From: an uncultured Bacilli bacterium
GTDB taxonomy: Bacteria; Bacillota_I; Bacilli_A; RF39; UBA660
Assembly: GCA_944332675.1 (NCBI GenBank)
Contig: CALVKJ010000004.1
Location: 1-39,659, forward strand
DNA length: 39,659 nt
Direction of reading: 5' to 3'
Of the stretch, positions 19,678-30,136 are shown one piece after another. The notes below the pieces were generated by a model. The model did no database searches. It was given only the letters and a program-made list of their open reading frames with translations, and had not been told where the DNA came from. A program made the position numbers and the translations under genes. Numbering within the stretch: position 1 is the first letter of the stretch; every line of letters starts with the position of its first letter.

Positions 19678-20487
19678 TTATTCCTCCTTCAAAGCTAACT
19701 GACAAGCCTTTTTTACATCTTCCAATGTCTTGCCACCAATTAAAAACCTACTATTATGGCAAAAAGTAAGATATTCTGGTAAATGTTTAGTCCAAGATTC
19801 CGGAAAAGGCTTTTTCAACTCAACTGTATCACTACTTTTAGGTACACCTTGTGCTAAAAATCCTCCTCTTTTTGAAGGAAAAATTACATAAATAGCTTTT
19901 GTATCTGGTAAAGTATCTGTAAAATGTAAGCCTTCATCTAAAATAATAATCTCTTTATCTATCGCTTGCTCATAAATTTTCTTTACCTTTTCTTCTTCTT
20001 TTTGCTTAACTTTTTCATTTTCAATTAAATTAGTCAATATCTTATAAGCAAAATTTAGTGCTTGTTCAAATTCTTCATCCCCAGTTTTCGAATTATCACT
20101 TGGATTAAAGCTAGCAATAGCGGTACATAAAGTATCAGCTTTACCAGTATTATCTGATAAATCTAAAGCTTGTATTAACTTTTTATCTATTTTTTTGTAT
20201 ATCGCTTCCCCATATAAAACTGGTGCAAAAGCGGCCCAAACTTTACCAAATGCTGCATAAGGAATACCATTAGCTCTCTTAGTATTATCACTAGAATGGT
20301 GATCAAATTCCCCGTTTCCAATATCATAAACGATGCCTTCAAAATGATCTGGAACTATATTTCTTCTAATGATTTTAATATTAGGATTTATCATCTTAAT
20401 AAATGCACTAGCAAAAACATCATCCGCATGAAAAGTACCACCATGCGTTAAGCCAAATTTACATTTCTTTAAGTCATTTAAAGTCAA
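19678..20487 (-). CDS. MYG1 family (UPF0160) exonuclease-like protein
   Basis: THGGTFHADD, YDIG, FDHH, FCH. Confidence 0.88.
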   Translation of the reverse strand: MTLNDLKKCKFGLTHGGTFHADDVFASAFIKMINPNIKIIRRNIVPDHFEGIVYDIGNGEFDHHSSDNTKRANGIPYAAFGKVWAAFAPVLYGEAIYKKIDKKLIQALDLSDNTGKADTLCTAIASFNPSDNSKTGDEEFEQALNFAYKILTNLIENEKVKQKEEEKVKKIYEQAIDKEIIILDEGLHFTDTLPDTKAIYVIFPSKRGGFLAQGVPKSSDTVELKKPFPESWTKHLPEYLTFCHNSRFLIGGKTLEDVKKACQLALKEE

Positions 20488-20495
20488 TTTACCAC

Positions 20496-20933
20496 CTACT
20501 TATGATATGTTTCATTATTAATTATTTTAAAAGCCCGATATATTTGCTCTAGTAATATTCCTCGAAATAATCCGTGCGGAAATGTTAAGTCCGAAAAACT
20601 TATAACTTTAGAACATTTATCTAAAATTTCTTTATTAAGTCCTTCTGAAGGACCAATAATAAATGTTATATTACTATTAATAATTAATGTCTTTTCAATT
20701 ACCTTAGCAAATTCTTCACTATTTAATTTTTCTCCTTTTAAATCCAAAGCTATATTATAATCACTTCTTTTTATAGCAGCACTTAGACTTGCTATTTCTT
20801 TTTCATGAATGGGATTATCTTTCAATTCAACTATCGATACTAACATATATTTACTTATTCTTTTGACATAATCATTAATCATTTCTTTTAAATAATTCTC
20901 TTTAATTTTTCCTACACATAAAATCTTAATCAT
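20496..20933 (-). CDS. rlmH: 23S rRNA m3Psi1915 methyltransferase
   Basis: VGKIKE, TFPH, LLEQIYRAFKI, YHK. Confidence 0.96.
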   Translation of the reverse strand: MIKILCVGKIKENYLKEMINDYVKRISKYMLVSIVELKDNPIHEKEIASLSAAIKRSDYNIALDLKGEKLNSEEFAKVIEKTLIINSNITFIIGPSEGLNKEILDKCSKVISFSDLTFPHGLFRGILLEQIYRAFKIINNETYHK

Positions 20934-21694
20934 ACTTCTATCACTTTCGTTACTTCATTTTGCCTAGCACAAATAATATTATGAAAATCTATACCATATT
21001 CCATAAAAGTATTATTAATGGTTTCTAATGCTATATCTTCTAAATTATTTGTTTCACTCAAATGAATCAATATAATTTCTTTTGTTTTATCACCAATTAG
21101 TTTGGTAAGATAAAATGCTGCTGCTTTATTTGATAAATGTCCATCATCACTTAATACCCTTTTTTTAAGCCACGCCGGATATGGTCCGTGTTGTAAGAGT
21201 TCAATATCGTGATTACTTTCAAACAAATAGATATCTAAATTTTTTAAATATTTAAAATTTTTCGTATTTATATATCCTGTATCGGTTATATAACCAATTT
21301 TAACATTGTTTTCCTCAATAACAAAATTCCTAGAATCTATCGCATCATGACTAGACTTAAAAGAAGTAATTTTTATATCATCTATCATTAACTCATCCTC
21401 ACATACAAGGATGTGAGGATAGTCATTTAAATCTTCAATTTGATAAAGTAGTTTTTGGCTAAGAATTACTGTTGCTCCAGTCTTCGCAATTAAAGTCTTT
21501 AATGCTGATACGTGATCACTATGATCATGACTAATAATTACATAATCAATCGATTTAATATCAACATCAATGCTTTTTAAAGCATCGCTTATATATTTAT
21601 AGTTACGACCCGCATCGAGTAAAAATCTTTTGCTGTTTGCCTCTAAATAAGTTACATTCCCTTTGGAACCACTTGATAACACAGAAACTTTCAT
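20930..21694 (-). CDS. walJ: WalJ/YycJ/VicX MBL-fold nuclease
   Basis: SSGSKGN, SHDHSDH, TDTG, ESNHD, GHLSN, HLSETNN. Confidence 0.85.
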   Translation of the reverse strand: MKVSVLSSGSKGNVTYLEANSKRFLLDAGRNYKYISDALKSIDVDIKSIDYVIISHDHSDHVSALKTLIAKTGATVILSQKLLYQIEDLNDYPHILVCEDELMIDDIKITSFKSSHDAIDSRNFVIEENNVKIGYITDTGYINTKNFKYLKNLDIYLFESNHDIELLQHGPYPAWLKKRVLSDDGHLSNKAAAFYLTKLIGDKTKEIILIHLSETNNLEDIALETINNTFMEYGIDFHNIICARQNEVTKVIEV

Positions 21695-23181
21695 TAGTAA
21701 ATACTCAATGGATTAACAAATCGATAACTACCCTTATATGGCCAGCCATAAGATACAGACAAGTGAAGATGAACTCCAGTTGCATAACCTGTATCACCCA
21801 TTGTTCCAATTACATCTCCTTTTCTAACTTTTTGACCAACTGAAACTAATAACGAATCCATATGAGCATATAAACTATATACATTATTAGCATGTTCAAT
21901 AACAGCATATGTACCATCACTTCTTGAGTGAGTTCCAACAACAGCAGCTTCAACTACAGTACCATCACCAATTGCATAAATAGGTGAACCACGTCCAGGA
22001 CCAGAAATATCAATGCCATAATGCATACTTCCCCAACGATATGCATATTGACTTGTAATTCTATATGGGTAAGCAGTAGGCCAGCCCCAATCACCAGAGA
22101 TATAAACACCAGAATATGAAGGACCAACAGTTGTAACTTGTTCAACAGCTTCTCTAATCGTTTCGGTATATAAGAAGTCTACTTGTTGGCTTTCTTCTCC
22201 GTTTATTACCTCATAAGTTTCATGAATTAACTCAATACCAGATACTCCCGCTTGCGTAATTTCTTTATATCCATAACCTTTAGTATTATCCACAACCGTT
22301 TTACCTGGTAAATCAATAATAGATTCTTCAATTCGATATACGTTATAAATAAATGTAATGATCGGATCAAGTAATGTAACATTAACAGTATCACCAATTC
22401 TAAGCATTACATCTTCACTCCGATAATTAGGATTAGCAATCAAAAATTCTTGGGGATTTAATTTATAAGATTCACTAATACTTTCAATATTATCACCAGC
22501 TTGTACAGTATAACTATCCATTTCAGCATCTGGTCCAAACAATAACAATTGTGATAATTCAGCAGCATCAGTATATATTTTTTCATTTGCACTAATGTAA
22601 GCTTCTTTAATAGTTATAGTTTCTTCAAAATACATATTATTGATAATTTCCCCAATATCTGTAAGTTCTTCTGTTTCTCCATTAATATATGTATTAAAAC
22701 TTTCTTCTGTAACAAACGCTAAAATATATCTTTTAATAGCTTCTTCAAATACTTCTTTGTCTAATACATTTATTGTATAGTCTTCCGGTACTTCTTCTCC
22801 CTCTTGATAATCTTCAGCATCATATTTAATAGTAATGACATAACCTTGTACAGTAAAGTCATCCCTTGCTTCAATCAAATTATAGATTTCCGTCGGAGTT
22901 TTATAATTATCACTATACGTATTTACAGCTACTATCTTAAATGCATTGGGGGGATAAACACTATCAACATCATATTTATCCTTTATTTCTTGTTGTTCAT
23001 TGTTAATTAAATCATACAATTCTTGTTCATTTTCAATTAAACCAATTACTTCCCCATCCAAATATATTTGGTAAGCAGTATTTGCATAATTAATTTCTGT
23101 ATTCATCATTCTATCAATAATAAATAATACTATAACTATACAAGACAGCACAATTGTTATAATTATATCTTTAGTTTTCAT
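21694..23181 (-). CDS. Membrane-anchored LysM-G5-M23 peptidase
   Basis: YTVQAGDNIESI (LysM), G5-like segment, HYGID and HLH. Confidence 0.87.
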   Translation of the reverse strand: MKTKDIIITIVLSCIVIVLFIIDRMMNTEINYANTAYQIYLDGEVIGLIENEQELYDLINNEQQEIKDKYDVDSVYPPNAFKIVAVNTYSDNYKTPTEIYNLIEARDDFTVQGYVITIKYDAEDYQEGEEVPEDYTINVLDKEVFEEAIKRYILAFVTEESFNTYINGETEELTDIGEIINNMYFEETITIKEAYISANEKIYTDAAELSQLLLFGPDAEMDSYTVQAGDNIESISESYKLNPQEFLIANPNYRSEDVMLRIGDTVNVTLLDPIITFIYNVYRIEESIIDLPGKTVVDNTKGYGYKEITQAGVSGIELIHETYEVINGEESQQVDFLYTETIREAVEQVTTVGPSYSGVYISGDWGWPTAYPYRITSQYAYRWGSMHYGIDISGPGRGSPIYAIGDGTVVEAAVVGTHSRSDGTYAVIEHANNVYSLYAHMDSLLVSVGQKVRKGDVIGTMGDTGYATGVHLHLSVSYGWPYKGSYRFVNPLSIY

Positions 23182-24518
23182 TGCTCATCTCCATTTACTT
23201 TTAATTGACTCTTAAAACTAAGCATATTAAGTTCAAATAAAAGATTAACTGTACCTAAGCCTCCCTTTCTGTGCTTAGCAATAATTAATTCTGCTGGCAC
23301 AATTTTTTGATTAAAATCTTTTGCTTTATCATAATAATCTTTTCTATTTATAAAAAGTACCATATCGGCATCTTGTTCCAAAGATCCTGATTCCCGTAAG
23401 TCTGCTAACATTGGTTGGTTACTTTCTCTTTTTTCAGCACTCCGCGAAAGTTGTGATAGTGCAATAACTGGCACATTTAACTCTAAAGCCATAGTTTTTA
23501 AAGCACGAGATATTTCTGATACTTCTACTTGTCTAGATTCCACTCTTCTATTACCACTACTAATAAGTTGTAAGTAGTCAATTACAACCAAACCAAGCCC
23601 CATTTGACTATTTGCAAGTCTTCGGCACTTAGCTCTAATTTCTTGCACAGTAACTCCCGCATTATCTTCAATAAAAATATTAGTATCAGCAAGCTGACTC
23701 ATTGCTTCATTATATCTTTTCCAATCTTTTTCTTGCATATTACCAGTTTGCAATTTATATGAATCGATTTGTCCAATTGATGCAATCATACGATTAATAA
23801 GCATATCTGCGGACATTTCCAAATTAAATATAGCAACAGCTTTTCTTGTATGCATCGCCGCATAGCTGGCCATATTAAGTGCAAGTGCTGTTTTACCCAT
23901 ACCAGGACGAGCAGCCAAAATAATCATTTCACTACCTTGTAACCCTGTAGTAATTTTATCAAAATCTGGAAAACCTGTTTCAAGCCCCGTTATACTTCTT
24001 TTATTCTTAGCAAGTTCTTCTAGCTTTGCTTGTGCTCTTCTCAAAATTTCTTGAATTGGCACAAAATCTCCGACTGTTCTTGCTCTAACAACATTAAGTA
24101 TATTTTTTTCCGCATTATCAAGTAAACTAGTTACATCTTCATCCTCATAAGTATTATTGATTATTTCTGTTGCTGTTTCAATTAAATTTCTTCTAACAGC
24201 ATAATCTTTAACAATTTTTATATAAAAATCCAAATTAGCACTAGTAACAACTGAATCAATAACTTCTGATAAATAATCAAGTCCCACAGTATTTAACTTC
24301 TTATCTTTATCAAGTTCATTTTTAACAGTCATTATATCAATTGGAACTTTTGCATCGTGAAGATTCTTTATGGCATTAAAAATAAAACGATTTCTTTCAT
24401 CGAAAAACATATCAACAGTTACTTCTTCAACTATCTTGGCAACATCATATTCATTGATAAAAGCAACACCAAGTACACTCATCTCAGCTTCTAAATTCTG
24501 AGGCATTTTTCTTGCCAT
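23178..24518 (-). CDS. dnaB: Replicative DNA helicase
   Basis: AARPGMGKT, IDYLQL, LSQLSR, LRESGSLEQDAD. Confidence 0.97.
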   Translation of the reverse strand: MARKMPQNLEAEMSVLGVAFINEYDVAKIVEEVTVDMFFDERNRFIFNAIKNLHDAKVPIDIMTVKNELDKDKKLNTVGLDYLSEVIDSVVTSANLDFYIKIVKDYAVRRNLIETATEIINNTYEDEDVTSLLDNAEKNILNVVRARTVGDFVPIQEILRRAQAKLEELAKNKRSITGLETGFPDFDKITTGLQGSEMIILAARPGMGKTALALNMASYAAMHTRKAVAIFNLEMSADMLINRMIASIGQIDSYKLQTGNMQEKDWKRYNEAMSQLADTNIFIEDNAGVTVQEIRAKCRRLANSQMGLGLVVIDYLQLISSGNRRVESRQVEVSEISRALKTMALELNVPVIALSQLSRSAEKRESNQPMLADLRESGSLEQDADMVLFINRKDYYDKAKDFNQKIVPAELIIAKHRKGGLGTVNLLFELNMLSFKSQLKVNGDEQ

Positions 24519-24531
24519 AAGTCCTCCTTAT

Positions 24532-24972
24532 TTATTTTACTAAACTAATTTTCAAATTAAATTTAACCTTTTTATGCAATTCAACTTCCACATTAGTAAT
24601 ACCAAGTGCACTAATTGCATCATTTATTTTAATACATTTTTTATCTATTTTATATCCCATTTCTTTTAATTTATCACTAATTTGTTTACTAGAAACAGTA
24701 CCAAATACTTTATCATTTGCACCAGTTTTTACTTTAAATTCAATAACTTTATCATTTAATTTATTTTTTATTTCTGTTAATTCATCTACTAACTTTTGTT
24801 CATTTTTTTCTCTTACATCAATTTCATAATCCAATATCTCTTTACTCTTTTTTGTATATGGAACTGCTAAACCATTTTTAATTAAATAGTTATTAGCATA
24901 TCCATCACTTACATCAAGGATAGCATCCTTTTTTCCTTTACCTTTAACATCTTTAAGCAAAATCACTTTCAT
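24532..24972 (-). CDS. rplI: 50S ribosomal protein L9
   Basis: [13 protein letters not shown]...GYANNYLI; true start at 24972 after GGAGG. Confidence 0.96.
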   Translation of the reverse strand: MKVILLKDVKGKGKKDAILDVSDGYANNYLIKNGLAVPYTKKSKEILDYEIDVREKNEQKLVDELTEIKNKLNDKVIEFKVKTGANDKVFGTVSSKQISDKLKEMGYKIDKKCIKINDAISALGITNVEVELHKKVKFNLKISLVK

Positions 24973-25055
24973 AAAGTTACCTCCCCTAAGCACTAATATT
25001 ATATCATTATTACTTAAATTAGTAAAATGAAAATACTGTGTAATATTTAACACAG

Positions 25056-25907
25056 TTATTTACTTTCTATTAAATTATCCTCTTTATATTGATAATTTAA
25101 AGCATTATTTTCACTAACAATACTTTTACCTAATTTATTTTCTAAATCTTTCCTTGTATTATCTGCAATACTTCCTCCAATATTAGCAATTCTTTTATTA
25201 GCATCCATCCCATAAGGCTTATATTCTTTAGCTAATTCCCTAGTTGCTAGTTCCCCTAAATCAGTGAGAGCCACTTCTAAATCAGTCATATTATCTCTTA
25301 ATGACTCTTTTCTAATACCTTTAAATTTTTTATACTCACTAGCAGTCATACCCGACCAAGCTTTATAAATTTCATTAGTTAATACCGCATATTCATAACC
25401 TTCTGTTATCCCACCTTCCTTCCATACGTCAGTAAGTTTATTTCTATTAATAATTGCTTTAATTCTTCTTTCAATCCATCCATCATCATAACCACGATTG
25501 CGATAATATTCTATTGCCCGTCGCATAGCAATCTCTGGATCAAATACCTCATCAATTCTTTCACTACCTAAATTAGCTAGCCACAATTTAAATGGCTCGG
25601 CCTTTGGACTAGAAACTGATTCAATAAGTCTTAAAATACCTTTAGTATCTAAAGTATCTGTTTCCCGCAATTTACCATCTTGAGCCTTCATTTTCAACCG
25701 TACGATAAAATCGTACAATTGACTTCCTTCTTCTTGAAGTTTATTTTTTAAATCTGCCCAGTATCTTTTGGGAACAGTGCTATTTGTTAGTGCACTAATT
25801 ACATCAACAACACTAAAATAATAATTTTCCTTTTCACTATCCCAGATACTTCTAATTTCACTACCCTCAAATAAATTTGTAATTGTTTTCAATTTTTCTT
25901 CTTTCAT
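25056..25907 (-). CDS. Bro-N domain DNA-binding (phage antirepressor-like) protein, copy A
   Basis: [35 protein letters not shown]; AGGAGG RBS before 25907. Confidence 0.85.
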   Translation of the reverse strand: MKEEKLKTITNLFEGSEIRSIWDSEKENYYFSVVDVISALTNSTVPKRYWADLKNKLQEEGSQLYDFIVRLKMKAQDGKLRETDTLDTKGILRLIESVSSPKAEPFKLWLANLGSERIDEVFDPEIAMRRAIEYYRNRGYDDGWIERRIKAIINRNKLTDVWKEGGITEGYEYAVLTNEIYKAWSGMTASEYKKFKGIRKESLRDNMTDLEVALTDLGELATRELAKEYKPYGMDANKRIANIGGSIADNTRKDLENKLGKSIVSENNALNYQYKEDNLIESK

Positions 25908-25931
25908 TAAATATACCTCCTTTAAAAACAA

Positions 25932-26776
25932 CTATTTAATTAATTTTTTATCAACATACTCATAAGGCAAAGCATTTTCCATAGATATAGCACTTTCATT
26001 AACTTCCTTTTCATAAGCATCTCTTGTTTCTTTAGCAACACTTCCACCACGTTTAGCAACATTTAAATTTTCTTTTAACCCTTTAGGATTTTCTTTTCTA
26101 GCAATATTTCTCGTAGCTATCTCACCAACATTCGTTAAAGCAACTTCAATATCAGTCATATTATCTCTTAATGATTCTTTTCTTAACCCTTTAAAATCTT
26201 TGTATTCTCTTGCAGTCATCCCCGACCACGTCTTATAAATTTCATTAGTAAGCATTGCATATTCTAGTGGTTCACTAATTCCACCTTTTTCCATATATCC
26301 GTTAATTTAAACCTATCAACTATTGCTGATAATCTTACTTTAATCCAATCATCATCATAACCTTTAGCACGGTAATATCGAACTGCTCTATTAATTGCAA
26401 TCTCTGGATCAAATACTTCATCAATTCTCTCACTACCTAAATTGGCAAGCCATAACTTAAATGGTTCAGCCTTTGGACTAGGAATAGACTCAATAAGTCT
26501 TAGGATATCTTTTGTTTTCATAGCGTCCCTTAATCTCATTTTTCCATCCGGGGCTATCATTTTCAACTGACTACAATTTGTAGTCACTTCGCTTCCTTCT
26601 TTTTTTAATCTCATTTTTAATACTGCCCAATACTTTCTAGCATCTTTAGGATTTGCTAATACATTAATTACATCAACAACACTAAAATAATACTCTTCTT
26701 GTTCGTTATCCCAAACACTTCTTACTTCATTACCTTCAAATAAATTTGTTATTGTTTTTAATTTTTCTTCTTTCAT
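25932..26776 (-). pseudogene. Bro-N domain protein, copy B, frameshifted at an A5 run (26286-26290)
   Basis: ORFs 26264..26776 and 25932..26294 join into a full-length paralog of copy A if one base is added at TGG AAA AA GGT. Confidence 0.8.
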
Positions 26777-26955
26777 TAAACATACCTCCTTTTAAAAATT
26801 AAAAATAATAATTTAATTAATAAACGATCATCTCCCTTCACTATAATATTGTCTTCAAAAAGCCGATTTCCTTTTTTTTAATCAAATTTTCACAAAAAAA
26901 TTATCAAAAATAAAAAAAGTTGACAACATTTAAGTTATCAACATTTTTATTTAAC

Positions 26956-26985
26956 AAAAAAATATAGACTATTACATCTATATTA
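26956..26985 (-). terminator. Intrinsic terminator after rpsR
   Basis: TATAGA-N8-TCTATA stem plus a long U-tract. Confidence 0.6.
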
Positions 26986-27198
26986 TTTTACATATGGTAT
27001 TAAAGCCATAAATCTTGCATATTTAACTTGTTGAGCAATATGTCTTTGGTGTTTAGCACAAGCACCAGTCATACGACGAGGTAAAATCTTACCCTTATCA
27101 TTAATATATTTATTAATAATCATAACATCTTTATAATCAACGCTTTTACCAGCACACATTTGACATATTTTTTTCTTCTTACGATAATATTCTGCCAT
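26983..27198 (-). CDS. rpsR: 30S ribosomal protein S18
   Basis: DYKD, GKILPRRMTG, HQR; zinc-binding CxxC form. Confidence 0.97.
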   Translation of the reverse strand: MAEYYRKKKKICQMCAGKSVDYKDVMIINKYINDKGKILPRRMTGACAKHQRHIAQQVKYARFMALIPYVK

Positions 27199-27214
27199 TG
27201 TTTAATCCTCCTTT

Positions 27215-27694
27215 TTAAAATGGTAAATCATCACTACTTAAAGTAAATTCGTCACCAAAGTCTTTATAAGGATCTTCAGAAATATCAGTTGTTTCAATAT
27301 TACTACTTGGAGCACTTGATGCACTTGGACTATACGAAACACTATTATCAACTGCTGGAGCACTATCTCCTCCACCTTGTCTTGAACCTAAAAATTCCAT
27401 TTGTTCAATAACAACATCTGTTGTATATCTTTTACTTCCATCTTGCGCATCATAACTACTATTTCTAATTCTACCAGTAGCACTAATTAAACTACCCTTA
27501 CGACAATACTTATTAATAGTAGTAGCAAGTCTATTAAAAGCAACACAGTTGACAAATTCAACTTCTCGCTCACCATTTCTGTTAACAAATTCTCCTTGAC
27601 AAGCAAGTGAAAATCTTGCTATTTCCATATTACTTTGGGACATTCTTGATTCTGGATCTCTTGTAAATCTTCCAATCAATATTACTTTGTTCAT
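27215..27694 (-). CDS. ssb: Single-stranded DNA-binding protein
   Basis: NKVILIGR, OB fold, C-terminal DDLPF. Confidence 0.97.
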   Translation of the reverse strand: MNKVILIGRFTRDPESRMSQSNMEIARFSLACQGEFVNRNGEREVEFVNCVAFNRLATTINKYCRKGSLISATGRIRNSSYDAQDGSKRYTTDVVIEQMEFLGSRQGGGDSAPAVDNSVSYSPSASSAPSSNIETTDISEDPYKDFGDEFTLSSDDLPF

Positions 27695-27695
27695 A

Positions 27696-27989
27696 TTATT
27701 CTCCTTCTAATTTGATAATTAAATGTCTTAAAACATTTTCATTAATAGAAACTTTTCTATCAAATTCAGCAATAGTTTCATGTGTAGCTTCTACAGTCAT
27801 CACAAAGTAATAACCACTAACTTCTTTCTTAATAGGATAAGCTAGTTTTTTTCTACCCATTTCTTTGAATTCGATAACTTTTGATGGTTTAATGTTTATA
27901 AGTTTTTGAATATCTTCACTAGTCTTCTTTATAGCATCTTCTTCCATAGTAGCTTTAACTATAAACATAATTTCATATTTAGTCATCAT
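27696..27989 (-). CDS. rpsF: 30S ribosomal protein S6
   Basis: KYEIMFI, LAYPIKK, VLRHLI. Confidence 0.97.
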   Translation of the reverse strand: MMTKYEIMFIVKATMEEDAIKKTSEDIQKLINIKPSKVIEFKEMGRKKLAYPIKKEVSGYYFVMTVEATHETIAEFDRKVSINENVLRHLIIKLEGE

Positions 27990-27990
27990 T

Positions 27991-28048
27991 TCACCTCCTT
28001 ATGGTCTATCTCGGCTTCCGAAGAAGCAAGGAGTAATTTCTTTACTCG
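27991..28048 (-). promoter_or_regulatory. S6:S18 ribosomal leader RNA
   Basis: CTCCTT pairs with the AAGGAG SD, enclosing a GCTTC-TTCG-GAAGC hairpin, in the rpsF 5'UTR. Confidence 0.75.
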
Positions 28049-28053
28049 CAAGT

Positions 28054-28082
28054 ATTATAACAAATATATGTTCTAAATTCAA
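28054..28082 (-). promoter_or_regulatory. sigmaA promoter of the rpsF operon
   Basis: TTGAAT-17 bp-TATAAT with extended -10 TG. Confidence 0.8.
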
Positions 28083-28095
28083 TAAAAATACATAC

Positions 28096-28118
28096 AAAAA
28101 AGAGCAATTTCTTGCTCT
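28096..28118 (-). terminator. Intrinsic terminator after the acyltransferase gene
   Basis: AGAGCAA-GAAA-TTGCTCT plus U-tract. Confidence 0.8.
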
Positions 28119-29268
28119 ATGCTACTTTTTTTCTAGTACTCTTCTTTTCTTCTTCTTTTGGTTTCCTAAATATTGGTGTAATTACATAATCATCAATACA
28201 CATTACTATAAACGAAGCACAAGTTGTAAATAAAATATTAAATACGATACTTGCATGATAACTCATTTCTGGGAATAAATAAGCTAGTAAGAAGACAAAT
28301 ACTATATGAATTGCATAATAGTAAAGCGATAACTTTCCTAAAAATGCACAAACACCACTTTTATTATAAAGTACTGAAATATAATCTTTATTTGTAAGAA
28401 GTACTACACAAAATACAAATAGTATTATTCCATTAGTAAATTCACTCCACGTAATTCCCGCATAGATAGTATATAGGAAAAATATAGCAATACCAATATG
28501 CAGTAAACTAAATGCCATCATCATTACTTCACTGAATTTTTTCTTTCTAAAGTATTCAACTACATAATACATAAGCATTCCTAAACACATACCAGCCATA
28601 ACTCTAGCAAGTCCATTTGGAAATCCTATAGCATTAACCATTGTTCTATCCCAGCCAATTTCCGTTAATCCTACACTAGCATATGTAAGTATAACAAATA
28701 CTGGAGCAAAGAATCCAGTAAAGAAATCTTCACTTTTAGAAACAATATAATATAAAATTAAACTAGCAATAATTAATGCAGAAATATACCATAACGGACC
28801 ATTCCAAAGTTGGGAAACACCTAAAGTCGTATCAAATGTAATTGACTTTAACTCTAAAAGTCCCACAGCTCCAATCTGCGAAATCCCTAAGAACTCCCAA
28901 ATAGAATCCATAAATACTCCGAATATTTGTGTTATTTTTGTACCATTTATGGCATTACGAACAATAAATGCCAGTAGCACACCGATAAATAGTGCTGGAT
29001 ATAATGCCTTAAATCTTCCCCCAGCATATTTCCAAGCTTGCTTTGATGGAGCTTCATCCTTAGTATTGCCTTTTGCTTTTTGTTTTTTATAATGCGACAT
29101 TAAAAAATATCCTGATAAAAACATAAAAAACGCTAAAACTCTGCCACCAGTAAATATTAAGTTTTCACCAGTTTCACGCCAAACAAAGGTATTTAAATGA
29201 CCTAAAGCAATAGCAACAGTAAAAATAAAACGCCATAATTCAATTGTTGTTATTTTCGAATTTTTCAT
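28117..29268 (-). CDS. Acyltransferase-3 (OafA-like) membrane protein
   Basis: IELWRFI...H, FFMFLSGY, RFKALYP, LWY, LGKLSLYYYAIH; many TM helices. Confidence 0.85.
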   Translation of the reverse strand: MKNSKITTIELWRFIFTVAIALGHLNTFVWRETGENLIFTGGRVLAFFMFLSGYFLMSHYKKQKAKGNTKDEAPSKQAWKYAGGRFKALYPALFIGVLLAFIVRNAINGTKITQIFGVFMDSIWEFLGISQIGAVGLLELKSITFDTTLGVSQLWNGPLWYISALIIASLILYYIVSKSEDFFTGFFAPVFVILTYASVGLTEIGWDRTMVNAIGFPNGLARVMAGMCLGMLMYYVVEYFRKKKFSEVMMMAFSLLHIGIAIFFLYTIYAGITWSEFTNGIILFVFCVVLLTNKDYISVLYNKSGVCAFLGKLSLYYYAIHIVFVFLLAYLFPEMSYHASIVFNILFTTCASFIVMCIDDYVITPIFRKPKEEEKKSTRKKVA

Positions 29269-29354
29269 AATCAATCCCTTTCTAGTATCTCTACTGTATC
29301 AATAGTATAATAATTATCAAATTTTGTCAATTGTAGAAAAAAAAGAAAAAGGAT

Positions 29355-30128
29355 TTATTCCTTTTCCTTGCTTGTTTTAGATTTCTTACTACTCTTTTTA
29401 TTTGCAATACTCTTATTAGTTTCTTTCTTTTTTACATTCTTTTTTTCTTGTACTTCTACTTCTTTAGTTTCTATAATTTTTTTATCCTCACTTACGTTAC
29501 TGTTGGCCTCTTCAACTACCATTGGATTTAAATCTATTACCTTAGTACCAGCTACAACATCGTGAAGTCCTCTAAAATCTTTACGAAGTACAACCATTAA
29601 CATAATTATCGTTGTTACAAGCATTTGCAAATAACTAACAACCATTGACAAAGTATAAAAACCATTTTCCTTGAAAATATATACTCCTACAATCAATATT
29701 ATAGAAAATACAATATTATTAAGAATTAATGAACGTAAGAAGTAATTGCCGATATTTAACTCTTTATCTTCCTTATTAGCAACAACTCTTATTTTCATAA
29801 GTTTTTTACCAAGAGTTTGACCTTTTAAAGCCCATTGTAATACCACAAAGTATAAGATCATTCCCACAACTGTAATACTACTACTTACAACTTTATACTT
29901 ACTAACTTCATAATTTAAAGCTATTGTCTTTTCTTTATATTCTTCTGTATCAGTATCAATTTCTCCATCTTGCGCTTTTTGTACTAATTCTGTATATTCA
30001 TTATAACTATCCATATATTCATCTATATATGGATTAATAAAACTTTGACTAACTATAAAAGACATCAGTAATGTAACAATTAAAACATCTATTACATAAG
30101 CCATTACTCTTTTTAAAACTAAATCCAT
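29355..30128 (-). CDS. RDD family membrane protein with Lys-rich tail
   Basis: KRVMAYVID, GQTLGKKLMKIRV, GLHDVVAGTKV. Confidence 0.9.
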   Translation of the reverse strand: MDLVLKRVMAYVIDVLIVTLLMSFIVSQSFINPYIDEYMDSYNEYTELVQKAQDGEIDTDTEEYKEKTIALNYEVSKYKVVSSSITVVGMILYFVVLQWALKGQTLGKKLMKIRVVANKEDKELNIGNYFLRSLILNNIVFSIILIVGVYIFKENGFYTLSMVVSYLQMLVTTIIMLMVVLRKDFRGLHDVVAGTKVIDLNPMVVEEANSNVSEDKKIIETKEVEVQEKKNVKKKETNKSIANKKSSKKSKTSKEKE

Positions 30129-30136
30129 AAATACAC

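Noticed and set aside
20490-20520. SCC-like element integrated at the rlmH 3' end
   Set aside because: rlmH is followed directly by MYG1 and ung, with no recombinase or att repeats.
22286-22294. Perfect DnaA box TTATCCACA
   Set aside because: Single site within a CDS; no cluster indicating oriC in the window.
25056-26776. Prophage remnant
   Set aside because: Only Bro-N genes are present; no integrase, structural or replication genes.
29170-29185. parS-like sequence AGTTTCACGCCAAACA
   Set aside because: Three mismatches to TGTTTCACGTGAAACA, including the core, and it lies inside a CDS.
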